Positions 46,309-54,152 of a stretch of 64,000 nt of DNA are shown here, one piece after another. The number at the start of each line of letters is the position of its first letter. The first letter of the stretch is position 1. The translations under genes and the position numbers were made by a program. The notes beneath the pieces were generated by a model, which was not told the DNA's origin, did no database searches, and saw only the letters and a program-made list of their open reading frames with translations. The stretch is from Candidatus Woesearchaeota archaeon (lineage in GTDB: Archaea; Nanobdellota; Nanobdellia; Pacearchaeales; GW2011-AR1): the NCBI GenBank assembly GCA_964612685.1, contig CAZTCF010000002.1, forward strand, positions 212-64,211. Reading direction: 5' to 3'.

Positions 46309-47320
46309 TTACACCACCAGCAGTTACATAATAAATAGTTTCATTGTCAGGCAAATTTGGACTATCTATTAATTTCGCAACTCTCGAACCTTGTTTTCCT
46401 CTTCTTAAATATAATCTGTAAGTTGAAGCATGCCCAACTATATTCCCTCCAATAGCAGTTGTTGGATCCCCAAACATCTGCGCAGGATTTGCCATAACCT
46501 GATTAGTTACATAAACTGCAAGATTGTACGTTTCAGCCAACTTCATTAAATCATGCATATACCTATTCAATTTCTGCTGTCTATCCGCTAACTGCCCTCT
46601 TCCTGCAAATTCTGCTCTAAAATGGGCTGTAAGTGAATCAACAATAAGAAGTTTTATTGGCTCTCCCCCTTTAACCATTTCTGTAACTTTCTCTAAAAGC
46701 AACATCTGATGATCAGAATTAAATGCTCTTGCAACAAAAATATTTTTAAGGGCTTTTTCAGGATTTGCTCCCAAAGCTTCTACAATCTGCTTTATTCTTG
46801 CTGGCCTGAAAGTCCCTTCTGTATCAATAAAAACTGCTTTACCATTTGCACCACCCTGCTCAACTGGCAACTGAACTCTAACAGCTAAAGTCAACCCCAG
46901 CTGAGTCTTACCAGAACCATAAGCCCCAAAAGCTTCTGTAATGGATCTGCTTTCAATTCCTCTTCCTCCCAAAAGTTCATCAAAATTTTTGCTTCCTGTT
47001 GTTATATATGAAACATTAGACCTTCTCTGAGCATATTCAACCCCATCCTGGAACCCTAAATCGAGCATCTCACGTGCAGCCTGTATAGCTTTCCTAGCAA
47101 CAGCAGGACTTACACCAGAGATATCTGAAATTGTTGCAGGACTTGATACTGCTAAGGACATTAAATCAAAAATCCCTGCCCCCTCTAATTTTGCAGCAAC
47201 AGCCGGCCCTATTCCAGGCAAGTCCATTAATCCTAACTCTTTATCTCCCTTCTTTTTAGATTTCTTTTCTTCTTTCTCCTCTTTTTCCTCTTCTTCCATC
47301 TCGTCTTTCTTTAATGCCAT
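46292..47320 (-). CDS. radA: DNA repair and recombination protein RadA
   Basis: N-terminal HhH GIGPAVAAKLEGAGI, Walker A EAFGAYGSGKTQL, Walker B LLIVDSL. N-terminal Lys/Glu-rich extension. Confidence 0.9.
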   Translation of the reverse strand: MALKKDEMEEEEKEEKEEKKSKKKGDKELGLMDLPGIGPAVAAKLEGAGIFDLMSLAVSSPATISDISGVSPAVARKAIQAAREMLDLGFQDGVEYAQRRSNVSYITTGSKNFDELLGGRGIESRSITEAFGAYGSGKTQLGLTLAVRVQLPVEQGGANGKAVFIDTEGTFRPARIKQIVEALGANPEKALKNIFVARAFNSDHQMLLLEKVTEMVKGGEPIKLLIVDSLTAHFRAEFAGRGQLADRQQKLNRYMHDLMKLAETYNLAVYVTNQVMANPAQMFGDPTTAIGGNIVGHASTYRLYLRRGKQGSRVAKLIDSPNLPDNETIYYVTAGGVSDKEE

Positions 47321-47385
47321 ATTAACTCAAAACTCACCCTCTTTATAAAGATTATTTGAGTAACAAATATATATTAGAAAACTGC

Positions 47386-48318
47386 TCAATTCTTCTCTAG
47401 CTTAGCAATAAGTTCATCTAAATCAACTTCCTTTACAGAATCAACTATAAACTCTTCATTATTAAAAAAATTATTTTTTCTAACGTTACCTGAAAAAATC
47501 ATCTCTTTACCCAAGATACCCTCAATTTGTAAAGATAATCTCTCTGGATTGTCCAAATCTCTTAAACCTAACGAAGAAAGATTCTCGTTAAATAAAACGC
47601 TTCTAATTGATTCGGTTCCATCATCTATAACCAAGTTTATAAGTGCTCTTTTGTCTGTAGGTGCCCCCCTTGCCTTTTCATCTTCGGTTAGTTTTCTTCC
47701 AGTCTCTTTGCTAACCTCAAAAAACCTTGGTTGAAATGCCTGAACAATAAATGCTCTCACAGATAATTGATCTCCTATTTTAAAACTAGATATGCTCTTT
47801 TCTCTTGAAACTCTCTCTGTTCTAACATCCTCAAATTCTTCTGAGCCCTTCTTGAATTCAGAAAAACTTCCAAGATGCATCTCATTCTCCCTCATAGAAC
47901 CATTAACTATATCCGCCGAATCTCCTTCCTTTATCTCTCCTTTTTCTATTAAAGAAATATGATTCGTATCCCATAACACCACTTTGATATTAGAGGTCTC
48001 ATCCGCAAGAACAAGATTCAAAACTTTCCCCTCTTCTCCCTTCTGGGTTTTAAAAGTTCTTACCGGAGAAAGAGATATAATTTTACCAGAGATATTTATC
48101 TTCCTCATCCCGGGCAAAAGCTCTTCAATCTTTAGTTTTTCATTCTCGAAATTTATACCCAATTCTGCTGCCACTATTTGAGCGGCTCCTTCCTTACTTA
48201 TTAATCCAGAAAGTTTAGCTCTCTTAGCCTCAATCTTTCTATCTACCTCCTCCAATTTAAGCCCAGAATGCTTTGATATCTTCTCAATTATCCTCTCATA
48301 ATTACCCATCGCCATCAA
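47386..48318 (-). CDS. rpa: Replication protein A-like ssDNA-binding protein (OB-fold)
   Basis: INISGKIISLSPVRTFKTQKGEEGKVLNLVLADETSNIKVVLWD OB-fold pattern typical of archaeal RPA/SSB. Confidence 0.6.
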   Translation of the reverse strand: MMAMGNYERIIEKISKHSGLKLEEVDRKIEAKRAKLSGLISKEGAAQIVAAELGINFENEKLKIEELLPGMRKINISGKIISLSPVRTFKTQKGEEGKVLNLVLADETSNIKVVLWDTNHISLIEKGEIKEGDSADIVNGSMRENEMHLGSFSEFKKGSEEFEDVRTERVSREKSISSFKIGDQLSVRAFIVQAFQPRFFEVSKETGRKLTEDEKARGAPTDKRALINLVIDDGTESIRSVLFNENLSSLGLRDLDNPERLSLQIEGILGKEMIFSGNVRKNNFFNNEEFIVDSVKEVDLDELIAKLEKN

Positions 48319-48413
48319 ACAAAAAAATTATCATATTTTATAAGTATTGTGATACTTAATTTTATAACAACACTTCTCAAAATATTTATAAACCTGTTTT
48401 TTTACACTAACCT

Positions 48414-48686
48414 ATGGTAGGAATAAACGGAGTAAAATACAAAATTATGCCTGAATCTCCAAGTGTAGATTTAAAAGAAATAGAGAATGCTGCAAGAAAG
48501 ATAGTTGAAGAATTTGGGGGAAATAACAAAGAATATGCTATTGAAGACATTGCATTTGGATTAAAGGCGCTAATAGTATTCTTCTTTTATCCTGATAATA
48601 AAAATATAGACATTATGGAAGAAAAACTTTCAAAAATACCTTATGTTGCATCAGCTCAATTAATAGACATGCGTAAAATTGCATAA
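48414..48686 (+). CDS. ef1b: Elongation factor 1-beta (aEF-1beta)
   Basis: MPESPSVDL...IEDIAFGLKAL...LIDMRKIA matches the aEF-1beta consensus. Confidence 0.8.
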   Translation: MVGINGVKYKIMPESPSVDLKEIENAARKIVEEFGGNNKEYAIEDIAFGLKALIVFFFYPDNKNIDIMEEKLSKIPYVASAQLIDMRKIA

Positions 48687-48717
48687 AACTTATTAACAGG
48701 CTTTTTCTTAAAATATT

Positions 48718-49344
48718 ATGGACATGTCTAAAGAAAAAATTGAAGAACTCAAGAAGCAAATAATCCTTCAGATACAATCAAATTATCCAGAAGATCAGAA
48801 AGAGTATGCAATAAAGAGAATAACCTCGATGAGCGATGATGAGTTTATAGAATTTCTTGAAAAAAATAAACGAACATCTTCAGAAAAAGAAATAGAATCT
48901 GAAAGCCCTTTTAGATTAATCGTATCTGGAAAAATCCCTTCATACAAAATACAAGAAAATAAACTTTGCATTGCAGTACTTGAAATAAACCCCATATCAA
49001 AAGGACACATAATAATAATCCCAAAAAAACCCCTACTCGAATCAGAAAAAATACCAAAAAGTATTTTATCTTTAGCAAACAACATCTCAAAAAGAATACA
49101 ATCAAATCTCAAACCAAAAGAAGTGTTAATTTCTTCAAACAATTCACTTGGAGAAATAATTATGAATATACTTCCAATATATTCCAATGAAAAAATTTCC
49201 TCCCCCAGAAAACAAGCCTCTAAAGAAGAATTAGAAAATTTAAAGAATATTCTTGAAAAGAAAATTGCTCCAAAAAGAGAAAAGAAACCTAAGATAAATA
49301 AAATTGAAGAATCCAAAATGTGGTTTCCAAAAAGAATACCCTAA
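48718..49344 (+). CDS. HIT-like domain protein apparently lacking the histidine triad
   Basis: NKLCIAVLEINPISKGHIIIIPK matches the HIT N-terminal motif. The expected HxHxHxx segment reads NSLGEIIMNILPIY (no His). Lys-rich C-terminal tail. Confidence 0.45.
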   Translation: MDMSKEKIEELKKQIILQIQSNYPEDQKEYAIKRITSMSDDEFIEFLEKNKRTSSEKEIESESPFRLIVSGKIPSYKIQENKLCIAVLEINPISKGHIIIIPKKPLLESEKIPKSILSLANNISKRIQSNLKPKEVLISSNNSLGEIIMNILPIYSNEKISSPRKQASKEELENLKNILEKKIAPKREKKPKINKIEESKMWFPKRIP

Positions 49345-50180
49345 AATAAATAAAAATTATGAAAGACAATAATATAAATTAGTGCAAGATAACTAATAAG
49401 GAAAACTGGGCTGAAAGGAATTCCTTGTCTTATTAATATATACTTTTTTTTCTTTCTTAAGAAGATTATCTCTTCCTTACTAACTCCGCTCCACCTAGCT
49501 TCTATAAATCTTTTTCCAATTCTCAAATTATTGTATAACCAATCTCCCTCAGTTAAATCCCTTGTATTTATTTTTTTAACCATGCATGCCTCATCAATAG
49601 ACTTTGCAGAAAAATAAACATATGGAGAAATAAATGCCAAAACCCCAAGATACAAAAAAATATTTTCAATAAATGCAAATATAATCAAAACTACTGCAAG
49701 CAAAGTTGAAATATAAAATACACTTTTTCTTTTCTTAAACTGACTTGAAAATTCCCTTATGAATCTCTTTCTATTTTTAATTCCTAAATAGATTCCTATG
49801 ACTACCCCATAAAAAGCCCCTGCAACAAGGAAAAACAAAAGAAAAACAAGTGCAGAATTAATATTTACAAGAAACGTCTCCGAAAAAGGTATAACTGCTC
49901 CCAAAGAAATCATTAACTTTGCATCTCCTCCAGCAAACACTTTCCCATAATATAACATATTGCCAACTAAAAAGAATATTCCAAATCCTACAACCCCTTG
50001 CAAAAAGAAAGAAAACCCTTCCTGTCCAAATAAAGAATAAAAAAATCTGAATCCCAATGCAAAGATTGCAAGAGAAAAATTAAGCCAATTTGCAATTTCT
50101 CTTTTCCTTAAATCTTGTACAACAGCAAATATTATCCATATCAAACCCAAGATAATTAAAAACAAATTTCCAACCCCCAT
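49341..50180 (-). CDS. Prepilin peptidase (A24 family; archaeal PibD/FlaK-like)
   Basis: Polytopic membrane protein with the first catalytic Asp context AVVQDLRKREIANWLN and the second GGDAKL. Confidence 0.65.
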   Translation of the reverse strand: MGVGNLFLIILGLIWIIFAVVQDLRKREIANWLNFSLAIFALGFRFFYSLFGQEGFSFFLQGVVGFGIFFLVGNMLYYGKVFAGGDAKLMISLGAVIPFSETFLVNINSALVFLLFFLVAGAFYGVVIGIYLGIKNRKRFIREFSSQFKKRKSVFYISTLLAVVLIIFAFIENIFLYLGVLAFISPYVYFSAKSIDEACMVKKINTRDLTEGDWLYNNLRIGKRFIEARWSGVSKEEIIFLRKKKKYILIRQGIPFSPVFLISYLALIYIIVFHNFYLF

Positions 50181-50344
50181 TAACAGAATTAGTAAATTTA
50201 ATTTATAAACTTAGCCAATTTTGACAACCCGATATTTTCCACCTTTTTTATAAGGATGTTTTTTCTTTTCTTTTCTCTTTTCCTTACTTTTATTTCTTTT
50301 CTCAGAACAAGCATAATTTGACATATTACCTATTTTAAAAAAAT

Positions 50345-50677
50345 TTAATTAGCACACAAGCCTGGACAGGGTTCTACCCCATATTGTCTTGAGATATAAT
50401 TCTGCTTGGTAGCCAAATCATTACAAGTAGCCTCAAACTTAGGATTGGTTCCATCCTTAACTTCTCTAGGGACAGCACAGAAATCATATTGTGCGCCTGT
50501 AGAACAAGCAACCCCACAAGAATTCTTCACTGTATCTAAATTGGTAGAACTTACCCATGGAAGAAGTTTGCTCCACCCCATAGTAAATCCTAAAATTAAC
50601 ACAACAAGTATAACTAATCCTAAAATAAGCAAAATCACCGTACTAATACTCATCCCTTGAGCCTTTTTGTTTATCAT
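50345..50677 (-). CDS. Type IV pilin-like protein (class III signal peptide), Cys-rich C-terminal domain
   Basis: MINKKAQG|MSISTVILLILGLVILVVLILG N-terminus. Eight Cys in the mature part. Confidence 0.5.
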   Translation of the reverse strand: MINKKAQGMSISTVILLILGLVILVVLILGFTMGWSKLLPWVSSTNLDTVKNSCGVACSTGAQYDFCAVPREVKDGTNPKFEATCNDLATKQNYISRQYGVEPCPGLCAN

Positions 50678-50733
50678 CTTCTCTTTTTGTTATTTAGTAA
50701 TTAAATAAATTAACACCTATTTAAAAATCTTTC

Positions 50734-51006
50734 TTATGAAGGATTATACTCCACAGAAAACACAATCACTTCCTTAAACCAATTAAAACCCCACTCTGGA
50801 GAGAATTTTGTAGCTTTCTCATTTAAATAAATATGATCAAGATTATGTGACTCAATCTGAATATTTGCTTTTTCTATTATTTCCACTCCTATAAAAGATG
50901 TATTAAGTTGATGAGAAGAATAAATAAAACTAAAAATAGCCAAAGTACAAACTGCAAAGACTCCTATCACCAAAATAGTCAAAGGCAAATCTCCTCTTTT
51001 ATCCAT
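50734..51006 (-). CDS. Type IV pilin-like protein
   Basis: MDKRG|DLPLTILVIGVFAVCTLAIFSF. Confidence 0.45.
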   Translation of the reverse strand: MDKRGDLPLTILVIGVFAVCTLAIFSFIYSSHQLNTSFIGVEIIEKANIQIESHNLDHIYLNEKATKFSPEWGFNWFKEVIVFSVEYNPS

Positions 51007-51268
51007 TTTCTCCAGCCTGAGATATCCATCCCTGAATTCTGTTTTTATTCATTGAACTTATAGTATATGCAAACTGTGTCTTTGAAGTTACCCAATCCAC
51101 TGATTCTCCGGAATCGTCAGATAAATTTACTTTAAGATATTTTGTTGCAGAAAGTATAGATGAAGCGTAAATAAAAATTATTAAAACTACTATCAAAACA
51201 ATAGTAGCTATAACCCATGTCAAAAATTCCCCTACCTGAGCTTTTTTATTATTTTTATTGTTTAGCAT
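50999..51268 (-). CDS. Type IV pilin-like protein
   Basis: MLNNKNNKKAQVG|EFLTWVIATIVLIVVLIIF. Confidence 0.45.
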   Translation of the reverse strand: MLNNKNNKKAQVGEFLTWVIATIVLIVVLIIFIYASSILSATKYLKVNLSDDSGESVDWVTSKTQFAYTISSMNKNRIQGWISQAGENG

Positions 51269-51791
51269 TTTTTTCAGACTTGCCTATTACAGACAAAATT
51301 TTAATTAAGTGTTGATTTTTATCTTCATCCAAAGCATAAAATCTTTTTTCAGTACATTTTGCAAGTTTCCTATACTCTTTACTATTTTCTTTTTTTATAT
51401 AACAATCCATCTCCCAATTATTATTCCCACCATAAAAACTAAAAACTGGATACTCTAAATCCGTAACTTCATAAAACTCCACCTTATAGAAATATTGTAT
51501 TTCATCTCCATATCCTTCCTCAACATTAAAATTAAAATTACAATCTTCGCTGAAAGTATTCCCTATCTCTTGATTAAATCCTTCTTCTACAAACAAATTT
51601 GGATTTAACGTACCTTGCCTTGATAGGCAATCGGCAATTCTCCCTGCAAATATCTCTGATTCTATCTCTCTAACATCATAAGGGGGACCATAAAAAACAT
51701 AAACCATAGCAAAAACCCCTCCTCCAATAAGTGTTAAAACAACAAACCAGTATATTGAAAGAATTTTATCTGTGCCGCGTTTATCTCTCAT
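51255..51791 (-). CDS. Type IV pilin-like protein
   Basis: MRDKRG|TDKILSIYWFVVLTLIGGGVFAMV. Confidence 0.45.
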   Translation of the reverse strand: MRDKRGTDKILSIYWFVVLTLIGGGVFAMVYVFYGPPYDVREIESEIFAGRIADCLSRQGTLNPNLFVEEGFNQEIGNTFSEDCNFNFNVEEGYGDEIQYFYKVEFYEVTDLEYPVFSFYGGNNNWEMDCYIKKENSKEYRKLAKCTEKRFYALDEDKNQHLIKILSVIGKSEKNAKQ

Positions 51792-52198
51792 GTTCCTCTC
51801 CTATCTTCTTTAATTCTAAATACATACATCCCCGTGTACTCTCCCATATTATCTTTTTCAGCATTTGCTGAGACAACAACATCATTAAAAAAAGCATAAG
51901 TGTAACCCTTCCCTTCACCAAACTTAACTGTAACAAAATTTCCAGTTATTATTACAGCATTTCCAAAATCAACCCCGCTTTTCTCTGTAAGCTTTTTTCC
52001 TTTTTCCATATCTAATTTTACCTCCATCCCAGAAATTGAAGAATCAACAAACATAGCAATCTCTTTTGAATAAACTTGCTCCAAAACAAGTGTTCCACTT
52101 CCTTGCTTCAACAGAAAAAGAATAAGAATTGATAAAAAAAGAACATTCAAAATTATAAAAACAATGTTCTCAACAAGAATCGTCCCCTTTTTTTTCAT
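51788..52198 (-). CDS. Type IV pilin-like protein (G|TILVE: Glu at +5)
   Basis: MKKKG|TILVENIVFIILNVLFLSILILF. Confidence 0.5.
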   Translation of the reverse strand: MKKKGTILVENIVFIILNVLFLSILILFLLKQGSGTLVLEQVYSKEIAMFVDSSISGMEVKLDMEKGKKLTEKSGVDFGNAVIITGNFVTVKFGEGKGYTYAFFNDVVVSANAEKDNMGEYTGMYVFRIKEDRRGT

Positions 52199-52232
52199 AT
52201 ATAGTTTATGGAAATATGATTAATAAAATTAT

Positions 52233-53186
52233 CTAAGTGGAAGTTAAAATATCTGCACAATTAAGCAATTCAAATTCCTCTGAGCTTGCTTCTGTTATTG
52301 TTGGAGCCATAAATTTATTGCCTACCCCATCTCCCTCAACAACTATTGCTCCTATTTTAGGAGAAATTAAATCGGATAAGACTAATTCTCCAGCAATACC
52401 TGCTCCCGCACCAGCAACCTCTCCCACAAGAACAGTAGAAACAAGTGCTGGAGCTATTCCTCCTGTTGCAACTGAAACAGCCCCGATTCCTGCAATTAAT
52501 GCTCCTCCCAACGCCCAAGTAAGGGTGTTTGACTCACTTGTAATTCCCATAACTACAAAATACTGTTTTCCGAATTCTATTGAACCAAAATTAACATCCT
52601 CTCCCACTCTTCTTGATAAATCTCTTTTCAATCTATCCACATCATTAGTTCTTAAAAGATATGATGCATAAGTTCCCTCTCCCTCGGGTAAAGAAGTCTT
52701 AGAAAGATACTCATAAAGTTTATCCTGACTTATCTCTTCCCCAACCCCCTCAATATCTTTTACACTATCATCTAAAACAAACTGGGTACATATAGAACAA
52801 TAATTACGCGGGACTCCCGTAGGATTGACATAGCTTATTCTCCCCTCCCCAAACATCCACCAACAATCTGCCATTTCTTTAGCCAGGGCAGCATAAATTT
52901 CTTCTTCAGATTTTACTTTAACTATCTCTGGACTAGTCATCCTCTCACAACTACCATCCTTGCTTAAACAAATATAAGTCCTTGAACATTTTAATGGGGT
53001 TGCAGCATCTGGAAGAACCGTCCCCTTCAATACAACAGAATTATGGCATATCTCTTTATCTGTTTCTTCTGCAGGATTTAATCTAAAAATAAAAAATAAT
53101 ATAACGGCAAAGCTAATCAAAAGTATAATCAACAAAACTATCTGTTGTGTAGTTATCTCCCCTTTATTATCAATATTTTTTTTCAT
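52233..53186 (-). CDS. Pilin-like protein with C-terminal Gly/Ala-rich hydrophobic region
   Basis: MKKNIDNKG|EITTQQIVLLIILLISFAVILFF. C-terminal ALGGALIAGIGAVSVATGGIAPALVSTVLVGEVAGAGAGIAGELV. Confidence 0.4.
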   Translation of the reverse strand: MKKNIDNKGEITTQQIVLLIILLISFAVILFFIFRLNPAEETDKEICHNSVVLKGTVLPDAATPLKCSRTYICLSKDGSCERMTSPEIVKVKSEEEIYAALAKEMADCWWMFGEGRISYVNPTGVPRNYCSICTQFVLDDSVKDIEGVGEEISQDKLYEYLSKTSLPEGEGTYASYLLRTNDVDRLKRDLSRRVGEDVNFGSIEFGKQYFVVMGITSESNTLTWALGGALIAGIGAVSVATGGIAPALVSTVLVGEVAGAGAGIAGELVLSDLISPKIGAIVVEGDGVGNKFMAPTITEASSEEFELLNCADILTST

Positions 53187-53290
53187 TTAAAGTCAAAGCA
53201 CTCCTGTTCTTTTAAGCATAAAAAATAATCCTGTTAAAGCCACCCCAAAAAAGATTATCCAAATTAAATACTTTATCATCTCATCAATAT

Positions 53291-53782
53291 TCATCTTGAC
53301 TCCTCCAAAAAGATTTTCCCGTTTTGATTTTTAATTCCAACAAATAAAAGATTGTCCGCACCATTTATTTTAAAATCAAATTCATCTATAGCAAGATTTT
53401 CAACGATTAAACATTCCCCTGTTTTATCACACTTAGCTGCCTGAGACCTCAAAAGCTCTATCTGCGATTTCGCGCAAATACAAACGCATTTTTCGTTTAA
53501 ACAAGAATTAGGTTTTTCCTCTCCTACAAAACTATACACATGCCATCCTACAGGCTGAGGAACATCCTGTCTTTCACTCCCTCCCTCAATTAAAGAAGAG
53601 ATTATTACTTCTAATCTAGATAGAGAATCTCTAGCTTGTTCTAATTTCTTTTCAGAAGTGCTAGAATTATAAACTGCTATTAAAAGATAAATTAAAAAAA
53701 CTATACAAATAACCGCAATAATTATCTTCAAGGTTTCCTCAGCTAAAAGAAACCCCTTTTTATTTTTATTAAAAATATTCAT
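53291..53782 (-). CDS. Type IV pilin/pseudopilin-like protein with bacterial-style G|FxxxE signal
   Basis: Proposed start MNIFNKNKKG|FLLAEETLKIIIAVICIVFL, i.e. the internal Met of the track ORF 53291..53845. ATG 53782 sits 2 nt after the stop of the upstream sORF. Confidence 0.5.
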   Translation of the reverse strand: MNIFNKNKKGFLLAEETLKIIIAVICIVFLIYLLIAVYNSSTSEKKLEQARDSLSRLEVIISSLIEGGSERQDVPQPVGWHVYSFVGEEKPNSCLNEKCVCICAKSQIELLRSQAAKCDKTGECLIVENLAIDEFDFKINGADNLLFVGIKNQNGKIFLEESR

Positions 53783-53783
53783 C

Positions 53784-53945
53784 TTAATATAATCCCATAA
53801 AAAATTTAACTGTCTCTCCTCCCCCAAAATTCCTAAAAAAGTCAATTACATTATTCTTAAAAAAATAATAAACTGCAAAAACAACCACCCCCACGACCAC
53901 CAACCCTATAATTATTTTTATTATATTTTCTATTGTAAGTTCCAT
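53784..53945 (-). CDS. Unlisted small membrane sORF (53 aa) in the pilin string
   Basis: MELTIENIIKIIIGLVVVGVVVFAVYYFFKNNVIDFFRNFGGGETVKFFMGLY. GGAGGT SD 5 nt upstream. Confidence 0.4.
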   Translation of the reverse strand: MELTIENIIKIIIGLVVVGVVVFAVYYFFKNNVIDFFRNFGGGETVKFFMGLY

Positions 53946-53947
53946 TA

Positions 53948-54103
53948 CTACCTCCTAAAAAGGTTAGAAATTTTATCTATTAAGGATGTCCCTTCTTGTT
54001 TAAGAAAAAATATAGATATTACAATAATTACTAAAAGTGCGAGAGCGATTAAAAGCCAGGGAAGATATTCCATAGCCACCCCTTTCTTATTCCTCTTTGC
54101 CAT
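53948..54103 (-). CDS. Unlisted pilin-like sORF (51 aa) with class III signal
   Basis: MAKRNKKG|VAMEYLPWLLIALALLVIIVISIFFLKQEGTSLIDKISNLFRR. Stop TAG 53950-53948 precedes the next ATG by 2 nt. Confidence 0.45.
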   Translation of the reverse strand: MAKRNKKGVAMEYLPWLLIALALLVIIVISIFFLKQEGTSLIDKISNLFRR

Positions 54104-54152
54104 TTATAATACAAAAAAAGAGAGTTAATAAAATTTACTTAAATCCTTCATT

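Noticed and set aside
52237-52671. 144-aa + strand ORF
   Set aside because: Antisense to the Gly/Ala-rich C-terminal region of the pilin-like gene 52233..53186
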